DNA of 64,000 nt from an uncultured virus (IMG/VR IMGVR_UViG_3300021559_000316) (Duplodnaviria > Heunggongvirae > Uroviricota > Caudoviricetes). Position 1 is the stretch's first letter. Every line of letters starts with the position of its first letter. The stretch is taken from IMG/VR virus record IMGVR_UViG_3300021559_000316. The stretch is one strand, 5' to 3'. The notes under the pieces were generated by a model that worked only from the letters and a program-made list of their open reading frames with translations, did not search any database and had not been told where the DNA came from. A program made the translations under genes and the position numbers. Shown here in pieces: positions 1-9,120 of this stretch.

Positions 1-135
1 ATCGCGGCCGATCAACACGAACGTCATCTCGTTTGGATGCGCGCTCTGCATGCATGTGTGTTTCTTGGATAGCTCGTCCTTCTTGCGCATTACGTCACTC
101 CTTGGGTGTTAACCGGACAAGCACGGGTGATCCGT

Positions 136-432
136 TCATGGCGCCGGCTTCCTCTGCTTGGGTTGCAGCGCGGTCTGCGCAGCTTGAAGCTTCGCTGCAG
201 CGACGTTCTCGGCGGCGACGTTCGCCTCCTGAGCCATCTGATCGAGCACGTTGGCCTTCTGCTGAACCATCTGCTCTTGCAGCCTGGTGGCGACCTCGCG
301 AAACCCGCGCTCGCGCTCGTCGCCGGGTGACTCGACAGGGCTCGCCGCGTACACACGCAGCGCCTTGGACACGACGATCCACTCGTCGCGGTTCAGCTCC
401 AGCGTGTACTTGATGTTGAGCTTGATGTCCAT
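136..432 (-). CDS. hypothetical coiled-coil protein
   Basis: MDIKLNIK...; SD-like GGAAGGGAG upstream; tightly packed with neighbours. Confidence 0.6.
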   Translation of the reverse strand: MDIKLNIKYTLELNRDEWIVVSKALRVYAASPVESPGDERERGFREVATRLQEQMVQQKANVLDQMAQEANVAAENVAAAKLQAAQTALQPKQRKPAP

Positions 433-434
433 CG

Positions 435-653
435 CTAGCTCCCTTCCTTGCCGCGGTGCTCGGCGATCCACCGGTCGAGCGCGTTGTACAGCGCGACGAC
501 GTCGTTGAACCCGAGTGACGTGAACGTGTTGCCGATCGGTCCGATCGGTGTCGTCTCGAACTGCAACCGCACACGTGTGCGTTCGAGCGTGTTCGCTGGC
601 CCGGTGTACGACGTCACGACGAGGCGGCTGTGTTCGAAGATCGGGCTAGCCAT
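435..653 (-). CDS. hypothetical protein
   Basis: MASPIFEH...; AGGAAAGGA upstream; typical codon usage. Confidence 0.6.
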   Translation of the reverse strand: MASPIFEHSRLVVTSYTGPANTLERTRVRLQFETTPIGPIGNTFTSLGFNDVVALYNALDRWIAEHRGKEGS

Positions 654-655
654 CG

Positions 656-1390
656 CTAGGTTCCTTTCCTGCAGAGATGCGCCGACAACGATTCGCCGCA
701 GATCGAGCAGCAGTCGTCGAGCACGTGGCGCACGGCGCGCCGGAACGCGTTCGGATCTCGACGAGCACGAGCCCACGCCTCGGACGTGTCAAGCGTCTCG
801 AAGACCGCGCGTAGGATGCGATCTTCGATCGTGTGTTCGTCGACGCCGCTGTCGCATCGCGGGCATGCGTAGCCGCCCGCGAGATCGGAACCGACCCACG
901 GCATCGCACCACCGCAGCGCGAGCACGTGATCGTTGTCCGCTTGATGTCGGTCACACCAGAATGTGAGTGCATCCTCGCCAGCAGCTCGCGCTCCTTGTC
1001 GGTGAGCGAGTCGACGAGCCGCTGCGTCTGCTTTCGAAGGCTCGTGCCGCCCGACATCTCGACGACGGCATCGATGTCGGAGATCCAGTCTTCTTCGTGC
1101 GACGCGACGGCCTGCGCCGCGTTGTTGCCCATCTCCTGCAAGATGTCGTTCGACGGCTCCTGGCCGTTGTAGAGCGGGCTCCACTCGAATCCGCCGGTCT
1201 GGTAGTTCGTCGTCGAGCGTGCGAACACGATCGGCTTCTCCTTCATCACGGCGCGGAGGCTTTCGCGGATCCAGCCCGGCAGCTCGGAGATCTTCACGAG
1301 CACGTAGCCGTCGGGGATCTTCGGCTTCCGCTTGGGCGCGTTGCGCATGACGGCTTCGAGGAGGTCTTCCTTGTCGTCTTCGTTGCTCAC
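656..1390 (-). CDS. hypothetical protein with C-terminal Zn-ribbon motifs
   Basis: CSRC/CPRC and CSIC..HLC motifs; GTG start overlaps upstream TGA. Confidence 0.6.
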   Translation of the reverse strand: MSNEDDKEDLLEAVMRNAPKRKPKIPDGYVLVKISELPGWIRESLRAVMKEKPIVFARSTTNYQTGGFEWSPLYNGQEPSNDILQEMGNNAAQAVASHEEDWISDIDAVVEMSGGTSLRKQTQRLVDSLTDKERELLARMHSHSGVTDIKRTTITCSRCGGAMPWVGSDLAGGYACPRCDSGVDEHTIEDRILRAVFETLDTSEAWARARRDPNAFRRAVRHVLDDCCSICGESLSAHLCRKGT

Positions 1391-1608
1391 GGTTTCACCT
1401 CGGGCTCTTCCTTCGGCATCGGGTCGAGTGTGAGCACGCCGTTCGCAACGTCGGTGCACTCGTCCTCGGTCACCCAACCTGTCTCGATGAGCGCTGTCTC
1501 GACCCTCTCGGCGACGTGCACGGATTCGACGCGTTGCTTGTGAAGCTCGGCAAGCGCGAGCTGCTCGGTCGGGAACGGCAGCCCAAAATGCGTTTTCTCA
1601 TTCGACAT
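1387..1608 (-). CDS. hypothetical protein
   Basis: MSNEKTHF...; coupled to both neighbours. Confidence 0.5.
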   Translation of the reverse strand: MSNEKTHFGLPFPTEQLALAELHKQRVESVHVAERVETALIETGWVTEDECTDVANGVLTLDPMPKEEPEVKP

Positions 1609-1879
1609 TGCGGCTCCCAAGCCGGGCAAGCAGTTTGCGCAACGCGGCCTGATCGTCCGATGGCATCAGGTGCGGATCGCTGCCGTTGCTCTCGAAGCCG
1701 GGACACGCACCCTGGTACGTCCACGACGACTCGTGATCCAGCGACTTGAGCCAACGCTGGATGCCGTTCGCGACGGCACCCTCGACGCCGCGGCTGCCGA
1801 TTCGACAGCCGACATCGATGCCCTTCGTGAAGTTGACGCATCTCGGACAGAGCGTCGGCGCGTTTCCGTTTTGAATCAT
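1598..1879 (-). CDS. small Cys-motif protein
   Basis: CPRCVNF..C..CPGF; ATGA overlap with upstream gene. Confidence 0.55.
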   Translation of the reverse strand: MIQNGNAPTLCPRCVNFTKGIDVGCRIGSRGVEGAVANGIQRWLKSLDHESSWTYQGACPGFESNGSDPHLMPSDDQAALRKLLARLGSRNVE

Positions 1880-2466
1880 GAGAGCTGCGCCAGAAGGAAA
1901 CGCTCAGCCGCGACTTTCGCCTGCGCTTTTGAATTCGCTGTGCCTACCTGTTTCCTAAAGTGGACCGTGCGCGTTATGCCCCCACGCGTCTCTTCGACGG
2001 GAGATGTAACTTCCCAACTCCACCGACCGAAATCGTCGGGATATACGAAGGCGCGATGTCCCGAGCGGGCAGCAACCTGACCACGACCACGAACAGCAGG
2101 ATCCCAGTGCAGCTCTTTCTGTCTGAATGGATTCTTGGTGCGCTTCGTCGCGTGTGAGCTTCCTCCATTACCAGAGGGCCGCCGCGAAGCCTTGGCAATA
2201 CGCGTGGCTACTGCGGGGGACACGCGGCCTTCGGCCACAGCCTTCTCGTAAAGTTTCGGCTCAAAGGCCGCTCTTGCTTCTGCTTCCTTTCGAGAGATCC
2301 AACGATCCCCGTGGAGCACAAAGGGCGTGGCAAGCGCCTCGTTGATCTCGCGTTGAAGCTGCGCAGGCGGTTTTTTCTTCGACATCGGTTTCTCCGTCGA
2401 GTCTATCGAAACCAGCTTCCGCACGCGGTCGATCGCCTTGTCGATGACGAGCCGGCTTCTGGTCAT
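1876..2466 (-). CDS. hypothetical basic protein
   Basis: 196 aa ORF, ATGA-coupled at both ends. Confidence 0.55.
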   Translation of the reverse strand: MTRSRLVIDKAIDRVRKLVSIDSTEKPMSKKKPPAQLQREINEALATPFVLHGDRWISRKEAEARAAFEPKLYEKAVAEGRVSPAVATRIAKASRRPSGNGGSSHATKRTKNPFRQKELHWDPAVRGRGQVAARSGHRAFVYPDDFGRWSWEVTSPVEETRGGITRTVHFRKQVGTANSKAQAKVAAERFLLAQLS

Positions 2467-2912
2467 GGCGTTCGATCCTCGTCTGGGTCGTAGTCGCGCT
2501 CGCTGGCTGCGTCGTATTCGGCACGCGCCTCGCTTCGCTGTTCGTTGAACCTTCGCGCAGCTTCGACGTCCTCGCTGTCGAAGAGCCGGCTGTACTTCTC
2601 GATCGACGCGTCGTCGATGTCGATGGCGTCGATGTGATCGTTACGCGTCATGAAGAAGTCGCCGCGGATGCTCAGCCCCTCCATTTCACCGGGGGCGCGG
2701 AACGTGCGGTTGACCGGCAGCGGTGGGTTGAACAAGATCGCCTCTTCGTTGCACCACACGTTGACGCCGTCGACGAGCGTGACGCACTCGACGTAGCCGC
2801 CGACGACGGCTTGCATCGCTTCCAGGTAGCAACCTTTTCCGTCGGGCATGAGCTGCTCGATGACGGGCAACCGACCAACGCGGCATACCAGCACGCGTAA
2901 TGGGCGCGTCAC
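2463..2912 (-). CDS. DUF3846-like phage protein
   Basis: LEAMQAVVGGYVECV...CNEE...LPVNR...IRGDF pattern. Confidence 0.6.
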   Translation of the reverse strand: MTRPLRVLVCRVGRLPVIEQLMPDGKGCYLEAMQAVVGGYVECVTLVDGVNVWCNEEAILFNPPLPVNRTFRAPGEMEGLSIRGDFFMTRNDHIDAIDIDDASIEKYSRLFDSEDVEAARRFNEQRSEARAEYDAASERDYDPDEDRTP

Positions 2913-3091
2913 AGAACACCGACCGTGTTGTCGTTGGCGACCTTGCGAAGCGCGGCGACGCACTCCAGCACGGCGACGAGGATGGGGCGGCTCGCTTTCT
3001 TCTGGCGGCGCGCCTTGATGAGGGCCGCGATCGCGACGTCGCGCTGGTAGCGGATGCGCGCAGCGGTGCGCTTGGGATTCTGGATCGTCAT
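2909..3091 (-). CDS. small basic hypothetical protein (60 aa)
   Basis: MTIQNPKR..., preceded by AAAGGA SD within a conserved leader. Confidence 0.55.
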   Translation of the reverse strand: MTIQNPKRTAARIRYQRDVAIAALIKARRQKKASRPILVAVLECVAALRKVANDNTVGVL

Positions 3092-3132
3092 GGGGGTGGT
3101 CCTTTCGGGTTGGTTGCCGGCGCTATGCCGAC
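3089..3132 (-). promoter_or_regulatory. conserved leader copy 1 (hairpin + SD)
   Basis: GTCGGC-ATAGC-GCCGGC..AACCCG-AAAGGAC-CACCCCCATG; near copy at 6041-6087. Confidence 0.6.
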
Positions 3133-3225
3133 GGTGATTCTGGCTCGTCAGGATGGGGAGAATCAGATCCGCCACCGACCACAGCGCGCGATGTACGCGC
3201 TGGGTTTCGCCTATCGACGGGCGGA

Positions 3226-3846
3226 CTACACCCCTGCAGCTCCCATCGCGTAAGCGAAAGCGAAATCGTTGTCCTCGACGCTGTCGTCGATCCACGGCGG
3301 CGCGAGCTTGTCGTCGAGCTGTCGCCGCTCGTGCGCGTCGAGTGGCTCCAGCGCTGGCCACGTCGTCGGCGGATCGGTGATGACCTCGCGCTGCGTGCTC
3401 AGCGACCACGCGATCTGGCGCGCGCCTTCGGTCCCCATCATCGGGTGCTGTAGCGCGAGACGTGGCCAGTTTTGGAGCCACGCCCACGAATGGTGGAAGA
3501 GCACGAGCGGCTGATCGGCAGCAGCGGCGGTCAAGACGTAGCCGATGCTCTTGGGCCTCGCGATGCGCAGATACTTGTTCATCATCGAGCGCGGATCCGC
3601 GAACCACTGCGCGACCTGATGGTTCTCCGACCACGACACGAACTCGCGACCGGTCGGATCGAACGCGCTGTCGAGCGCTATGCCACGGTGGATCGGGCTC
3701 GGGTCGAACGGGTAGCGAGCGCGCAGCGCGGCGGCGACGCGGCGGACAGCACCGCCGTAGTCGCGCAGGATGCTGTCGGCGTGGCCGAGGTGCCCGAGCA
3801 CCGCGTTCAAGACGAAGTTGATGTAGAGGCTGATGTCAGTCATCAC
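3226..3846 (-). CDS. hypothetical protein, possible ADP-ribosyltransferase-like fold
   Basis: IHRG...FVSWS...VAQWFA...QREV pattern resembles the ART R-S-E motifs; weak. Confidence 0.45.
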   Translation of the reverse strand: MMTDISLYINFVLNAVLGHLGHADSILRDYGGAVRRVAAALRARYPFDPSPIHRGIALDSAFDPTGREFVSWSENHQVAQWFADPRSMMNKYLRIARPKSIGYVLTAAAADQPLVLFHHSWAWLQNWPRLALQHPMMGTEGARQIAWSLSTQREVITDPPTTWPALEPLDAHERRQLDDKLAPPWIDDSVEDNDFAFAYAMGAAGV

Positions 3847-4088
3847 GGCACGCAGTAGCAGAGGAAGTTGGCGTCACCGGTGTACGCGATCGTCATGCTC
3901 GCCGGGCAGGTGTCGACGCCCGCGATGGTCTCGCACTGCCGGTAGCACGTGCCGCCGAGGCACGAGCCGGGGAACTTGGTGTCGTAGACGCAGAAGTCGA
4001 GATCCGACTGCGGGCCGCACGCCTTGGGAGCGGGCGAGACGCACGCCACGAGCACGAGCGAGACGATCAATCTGAAGGCCGGCATCAC
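3843..4088 (-). CDS. small Cys-rich lipoprotein/secreted protein
   Basis: hydrophobic N-terminus ending LVAC; multiple Cys. Confidence 0.55.
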   Translation of the reverse strand: MMPAFRLIVSLVLVACVSPAPKACGPQSDLDFCVYDTKFPGSCLGGTCYRQCETIAGVDTCPASMTIAYTGDANFLCYCVP

Positions 4089-6043
4089 TTCAGCTCCAGC
4101 ATCGCAGCGCGGAGCGCGGTGCCGTCGGCGGCCTCGTCGACAGCGGCGATGATCGACGCACGGAGCGCGGCGACGCGAGCACGGAGCGGGGCGAGCGCGC
4201 TGTCGCCCAGGATGCGCAGGCCGTCGATGCGCGCCGACAGGCCGTCGGCCGGGCGCTCGCCGTCGTGGCGGGTGAGCGCGTTCGCTGCAGCGCGAGCGCC
4301 AACTTTCTCGCCCTTCTTGGCGGCGGCGTCAACCGTCGCCTGCCAGAGCTGCTCTGCAGCGGCGATCTCGTCGCTGGCGGCGACGAGCAAGGCCCCGAGG
4401 ATCGACGCGACGTCGGTCACGAACTTGCCAACCTCGGCCGTGCCGTCGGCGTTCATCCGACCGTAGACCCACGAGCCGCGAGCCCACACACTCGACAGCT
4501 TCGTGCACAGCTCGCGCGCTTCGTCGCGGCGAGCGGGCGGCACGAGGAAGTTGTGCGCCGACCGACGCGCGCCGTACTGGTAGCGAAGGATCTGGCCAAG
4601 CCAGCTCGTGACGTCGCCGGGGCGGAGCACTTCGTCGGCGGTCAGGCGCTCGTACTCGGCGCGGACCTCGGCCGAAATCCCCGCGTCACCCTCCCAGCGG
4701 AGCGTGCCGTCGGGCAGGAGGTCGACGATCGCCAGCACCCGACCATACTCGCTGCCGACGAACGCGGTGTGCTGCGCGCCTCGGCCGATCTGCCACCGGC
4801 GGCGGATGCCGGCCGGGGGCTGGACGAGCGCGCAATCGTGCGTGCGGCGGAGCGAGTCCATCGTGCGACCGAGCTGCGTCTCGGGGACCTTCGGCTCCGG
4901 GGCGCGACCGACGGCGGCGAGCAGCTCGCCACGCGTGATCGAACCGTGACCGTCCCAGCCGATCTCCCACCACGCGTCGACATCGGCGGCCGTCGTGGTG
5001 AACGTCTGCGCGAACGCGACCGCGGCGGCGTCCCGCGTCTTGCGCAGCGCTTGTGCGGCCTCGTGGCGCTTCGCACGCGCCTCGTCGAACACGCTCGGGC
5101 CTTCGAACGTGTGAGCGATCCCATCGCCGACGGGGAGCACGGTCTCCGGGATGATCGTCACCGTGAGCGCCGCGAGCTGCGCGGTCGTGTACTGGTAGCG
5201 CGTCGCCAGCGTCGCGAGGTAGCTGTCGGCGGTCGCGCGCTTCACGCCGTGCGCGAGCGCATCGACGTAGCCCTGCGCCGTCGTGAAGCCGACGCCCGCG
5301 AGCTGGCCGCCAGCCATCGAACCGAGCGCCGCGACGGCCGCGTTGCTCGTGCTCTCGCCCGAGATCGCACTGAGCGCGTCGGCGAGCGAGCCGGTGCTCG
5401 ACGTCGTCGGCTCCTGCGCACTCTCGGCAGCCGGCGTGCTCTCGGCGACCGGCGTGCTCTCGACGACCGCGACCGCGGGCAGCTCGTCGGTAAACTCGGC
5501 GAGCGTGCCGCCGAAGTAGCTGGTGTTGATCAGGCGCCCGACGTACGCCGACGTCAGCCGGCTGCCGTCCTTGCGGCCGAGGAGGACGCGGTCACCGGGG
5601 CGAATCGCGCGCCCGGTGTGCGGGATGAACGCGCGCCACTCACCGGCGTACTTGCGGTAGTTCGCGCGGTGCGGCTCCGTCGTCGGCAGCGTCTCGCGCG
5701 TCGGGGCGATCTGCACGAGCGCCGGGCGCTCGCGGACGGCACGCGACAGCGACCCCCACAGGCGGATCCACAGGAACGTGACGACGAGCGCGCGGTAGAG
5801 CGGGCGCAGCTCGACGCGAAGCGGGTGATCAGCGGCGGGGAACTTGGTGGCGATCGTGTGCGCCACGCTGTCGAGCGCGGTCAGCGACGGCGCCGCGAGG
5901 AGCGCCGTTCGGCCCTCCTGCAGCGGGCTCACCGTCGGTGTGGGCTTACTCGCGACCGGCGCGGCTTTCGCCGCGGGGGTCGTCGTCGAGGGAAGATCCA
6001 TTTCGAGCAGCGAGAAGCGCTCGTCAGCGTCGGTGGCGGCCAT
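4085..6043 (-). CDS. large hypothetical protein (652 aa)
   Basis: long ORF; start MAATDAD follows AAAGGA SD in the conserved leader. Confidence 0.75.
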   Translation of the reverse strand: MAATDADERFSLLEMDLPSTTTPAAKAAPVASKPTPTVSPLQEGRTALLAAPSLTALDSVAHTIATKFPAADHPLRVELRPLYRALVVTFLWIRLWGSLSRAVRERPALVQIAPTRETLPTTEPHRANYRKYAGEWRAFIPHTGRAIRPGDRVLLGRKDGSRLTSAYVGRLINTSYFGGTLAEFTDELPAVAVVESTPVAESTPAAESAQEPTTSSTGSLADALSAISGESTSNAAVAALGSMAGGQLAGVGFTTAQGYVDALAHGVKRATADSYLATLATRYQYTTAQLAALTVTIIPETVLPVGDGIAHTFEGPSVFDEARAKRHEAAQALRKTRDAAAVAFAQTFTTTAADVDAWWEIGWDGHGSITRGELLAAVGRAPEPKVPETQLGRTMDSLRRTHDCALVQPPAGIRRRWQIGRGAQHTAFVGSEYGRVLAIVDLLPDGTLRWEGDAGISAEVRAEYERLTADEVLRPGDVTSWLGQILRYQYGARRSAHNFLVPPARRDEARELCTKLSSVWARGSWVYGRMNADGTAEVGKFVTDVASILGALLVAASDEIAAAEQLWQATVDAAAKKGEKVGARAAANALTRHDGERPADGLSARIDGLRILGDSALAPLRARVAALRASIIAAVDEAADGTALRAAMLELK

Positions 6044-6087
6044 GGGGTGCGTCCTTTGCGGGTTTTTCGAGCCGGCTCTTTGCCGAC
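6041..6087 (-). promoter_or_regulatory. conserved leader copy 2 (hairpin + SD)
   Basis: GTCGGC-AAAGA-GCCGGC..AACCCG-CAAAGGAC-GCACCCCATG. Confidence 0.6.
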
Positions 6088-6285
6088 CCAAGACCAGCGT
6101 AATACAGGTCAAGGCGACGCCCAACAACTATCGTGTAACTAGTTGATTTTACAAGCGAAAAAAGTGGTGTTCTGGAAAACACGGGGGGTATACAGTGCCC
6201 GAAATCGGCTCGATCCGGCGCTCGGATCGCCCGGGATCTGACCTAGTGTTTTCCGATAGTTATCCGATTCTCTTCTGATCCGAGC

Positions 6286-6334
6286 CCGATCTCGCCCGAT
6301 CTCGCCTCCGATCTCGGCGCAAGCCGAGATCGGA
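6286..6334. repeat. 3x CCGATCTCG direct repeat ending in a 12-bp GCAA-tetraloop hairpin
   Basis: copies at 6286, 6296, 6308; TCCGATCTCGGC-GCAA-GCCGAGATCGGA at 6307-6334. Confidence 0.8.
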
Positions 6335-6366
6335 TAAAGCTCCAAGAGCTTTTCAAGGAACAAAGA

Positions 6367-6636
6367 ATGTCGAACCCGATGTGCCTGCGGCTACCCGACG
6401 ATCTCCAGGCCGCGGTCGCGCAGATGGCGACCGAGGCCGGTGTGACGACGTCGGAGTGGATCCGAGATCTGCTCTTCCGCACGGTGTACGGCGAGCCGCT
6501 CGGTGTGAACGAAGGCTACCTTCACGGCCGATCGGTCGGCTACCGCGTCGCGATGCTGGCCTGCGCCGAGGCGTGGAAGCACATGCCGGCGACGATCGAA
6601 GACGGGCTCAAGGCCATGCAGAAGAAGCATCGCTGA
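6367..6636 (+). CDS. ribbon-helix-helix (CopG/Arc-like) DNA-binding protein
   Basis: CLRLPDDLQAAVAQMATEAGVTTSEWIRDLL; AAGGA SD. Confidence 0.7.
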   Translation: MSNPMCLRLPDDLQAAVAQMATEAGVTTSEWIRDLLFRTVYGEPLGVNEGYLHGRSVGYRVAMLACAEAWKHMPATIEDGLKAMQKKHR

Positions 6637-7107
6637 TCAGCTCGCGTCGAACGCGATCGTGATGCGAGGCGCGTCTTCTAGGTGCGGCTCGGTGCAGTGC
6701 CATATCTCCGACGAGAAAACCGCCAAGAGGCCCATCACCGGCTTGATCCTCGATTCACCGTCGGAGCTTTCGAAGATCGTCCGCGCTCCTCCCGTCGTCA
6801 CGTAGTAGACCGCGGACCAGCGCGCCGTGTGTCGATGACGCCCGTGATAGCTGCCGCGCCGGTTGACGATCGCCCACGCGTTGAAGATGTTCGGCGGGTT
6901 GTCGAGAACCGCGGCGATGCCTGCGTGCACGAAATCGACGAGCTTGGTCGTCTTGACCAACGGCCAGTGGAGGACGTCGTCAGCAGAGCGCCAGCCGCCT
7001 CGATTGTGGCTTGGGTTGGTCGGCTCTCGCTCCGATCGACGAAGAATCTCGGCGGCGAGCGCTTCGTTGATCTCGATTGCGGTCGGCAACTGCCGCTGGA
7101 AGATCAA
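6637..7107 (-). CDS. putative 2OG-Fe(II) oxygenase (TIGR02466-like)
   Basis: WAIVN..GSYHGRHRH..WSAVYYV..GLLAVFSS..WH..RITIAF; TTG start overlaps upstream TGA. Confidence 0.75.
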   Translation of the reverse strand: MIFQRQLPTAIEINEALAAEILRRSEREPTNPSHNRGGWRSADDVLHWPLVKTTKLVDFVHAGIAAVLDNPPNIFNAWAIVNRRGSYHGRHRHTARWSAVYYVTTGGARTIFESSDGESRIKPVMGLLAVFSSEIWHCTEPHLEDAPRITIAFDAS

Positions 7108-7502
7108 CCCTGGCCGCTGTTGTACGTCTGCGCTTGGCCGGGGCCCGCCACCGTGTGTGGATCCCAGAACAGGACGTTGATCGCGATCACCGTCTCGCCG
7201 TTGTTGTGGAACTGCACCTTGACCGTCCCCGATGTGGTGTCGAAGTACGGCTCGCCGTGCGTGATCGATGACCACGCGGACAGCGGCGAGAGCGGGATCA
7301 CCTGGACGCGTGAGGCCGGCGTCGTGCCGTCCGGTGGTGGCGCAGCAGCCGAGACACCGAGCGGCGGCTCGTTCACCGAGCTGGCACCGAACGCTTGCTG
7401 CGGTTGTACGAGCAGCGTGTCGATGAGGTTCGCTGCACCGCCGCCCTGCACCAGCGTGATGTGCCGACGGTTCCAGAGAAGCGTACCAGCGTTGTTGCTC
7501 AT
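7104..7502 (-). CDS. putative structural protein, paralog of 7552-7953
   Basis: near-identical SSVNEPPLGVSAA, TTPASR, HGEP, INVLFWDPH blocks; AGGAG SD. Confidence 0.75.
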   Translation of the reverse strand: MSNNAGTLLWNRRHITLVQGGGAANLIDTLLVQPQQAFGASSVNEPPLGVSAAAPPPDGTTPASRVQVIPLSPLSAWSSITHGEPYFDTTSGTVKVQFHNNGETVIAINVLFWDPHTVAGPGQAQTYNSGQG

Positions 7503-7551
7503 CGAAAGCTCCTTACTAGAAGTCTATCTCGTAACGAGCCCCCTTGATCGA

Positions 7552-7953
7552 CTAGAGACCCGTCGGGCCGGTCGGTCCGTACGTGTTCGCCTGGCCGGGG
7601 CCGACCTTCGTGTGCGGGTCCCAGAACAGGACGTTGATCGTGAGCGGCCCGCCCGAGAAGTTCGAGAACGTCACCTTGACGGTTCCCGTCGCGGGATCGA
7701 CGAAAGGCTCGCCGTGGGTGAGCGACGTCCACGCCGGGATCGGCGATAGCGGGATCACCTGGATGCGCGAGGCCGGCGTCGTGCCGGCGCCCGGTCCCGG
7801 CGGCGCCGCCGAGACGCCGAGGGGCGGCTCGTTCACCGAGCTGTTGCCGAACGCCTGATTCGGCTCCTGCAGCAGCGTGTCGACGGTGGTGAAGCCGCCC
7901 GGCAGGATGATGTGCTGGCGGTTCCAGAGAAGCTGCCCTTGGTTGATGCTCAT
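7552..7953 (-). CDS. putative structural protein, paralog of 7104-7502
   Basis: same shared blocks; upstream TTGACC-N18-TATCTT and GAGGA SD. Confidence 0.75.
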   Translation of the reverse strand: MSINQGQLLWNRQHIILPGGFTTVDTLLQEPNQAFGNSSVNEPPLGVSAAPPGPGAGTTPASRIQVIPLSPIPAWTSLTHGEPFVDPATGTVKVTFSNFSGGPLTINVLFWDPHTKVGPGQANTYGPTGPTGL

Positions 7954-8014
7954 GGTCCTCTCCGTGAAGATACGAGAGGATCGGGCGCTAGGTCAAATAC
8001 CTGTGGTGGAAGCT

Positions 8015-8734
8015 TTACAACTGCGCCTGCAATGCCTCCAACCCGCCGGGCAGCGTTAGAACGGTGAGATCGACAGCGCCGCACCCGGGCGCCGCGTCAG
8101 GATACGTGATCCCTTCACGCGTCTTGAGCAGCGCGTGGAACGTGTCGGCACGGTACTGCCACCCGAACAACTTTTCGAGCGGCCAGCCGATGCGCTGGTA
8201 GACGTTCGCGGGCAAGGTCGCCGTGTAGCGCGCGATCCACAAGTAGTCGCAGCCCATCTGTGACGTGATGCCGTGATCATAGAGGAAGCTGCCGCCGTAG
8301 AGCATGACCTTGCGGCCGGTCTCGATCTTGATCGTCTCGGCGTACTCCGTCGTGCAGTCAACGATCTGCTGCTCGCTCGGATCGCCGTTGTTCGCGGTCT
8401 CGACGTCGACGACGGGCCATAGATCGTCGGCTTCGATCCCGCCCGCAGCCGCCACGAGCGCGAGGAAATACTCGGCCTGCGCTTTGCCCGATTGCGCGAT
8501 CTCTATGTAGTGATACGCGCCGCGATAGAAGTCGGTGCGCCCCGACGCGAGCTTGGCCTGACGGAGTGCGGCCCAGTTTCTGGGGAACCACGGCCCGCTG
8601 TTGTAGTTGAGGCCCTGGCTCACCTTCAGGAGCGCGCCGTGCCACGGCGGGCCCGCCATCGCGAGCTTGTTCCAGTCGGCTTGACGATCGAGCGCGTACT
8701 CATCAACGAAGATGGGATCAAACGGCGTCGTCAT
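8015..8734 (-). CDS. GH25 lysozyme (endolysin)
   Basis: DW..LKVSQG..GAYHY..QAEYF..PVVDVE..YGG..LWIARY..WQY. Confidence 0.85.
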   Translation of the reverse strand: MTTPFDPIFVDEYALDRQADWNKLAMAGPPWHGALLKVSQGLNYNSGPWFPRNWAALRQAKLASGRTDFYRGAYHYIEIAQSGKAQAEYFLALVAAAGGIEADDLWPVVDVETANNGDPSEQQIVDCTTEYAETIKIETGRKVMLYGGSFLYDHGITSQMGCDYLWIARYTATLPANVYQRIGWPLEKLFGWQYRADTFHALLKTREGITYPDAAPGCGAVDLTVLTLPGGLEALQAQL

Positions 8735-8783
8735 TGCTCGTCGAGGATAGCCGAATGTCGGACCCATCGTGTAGAAAGCTTGG

Positions 8784-9002
8784 GTGGACGATACTTCGAT
8801 CGTCGCGACCGCCTCACCCAACAGCGACCCGACGCCTCCGGTTCTTCGTACAGCGGTGCTCTGGTGTGCTGGGGCTTGCAGCCTTCCTGCGATGCACAAG
8901 TTCGTGATGAACCGCAGGGCGGGCGAGATGGGCGCCTACGAGCAGGTCTTCGCGTGCCTCACCTGCCACACCGAACGGCGCTACGGACTCCTCGGCCAGT
9001 GA
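8784..9002 (+). CDS. small Zn-finger-like protein
   Basis: CAGAC..H..CLTC..RRYG. Confidence 0.45.
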   Translation: MDDTSIVATASPNSDPTPPVLRTAVLWCAGACSLPAMHKFVMNRRAGEMGAYEQVFACLTCHTERRYGLLGQ

Positions 9003-9120
9003 AGTGCATCCTCTGCCGGGTCCTGAACGAAGGCATCGCTGATCCGGCGAACGGCATCCCATTCCCGCCGAGCCCACACCTAGTGGTCGACGGCGGCGAT
9101 CACGATCGAGTCGATCACGA

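Noticed and set aside
4265..6142. 625-aa plus-strand ORF and similar long Arg-rich ORFs (e.g. 15300, 16437, 21240, 31465, 36867)
   Set aside because: Antisense shadows typical of high-GC DNA; no motifs, and they overlap better-supported genes.
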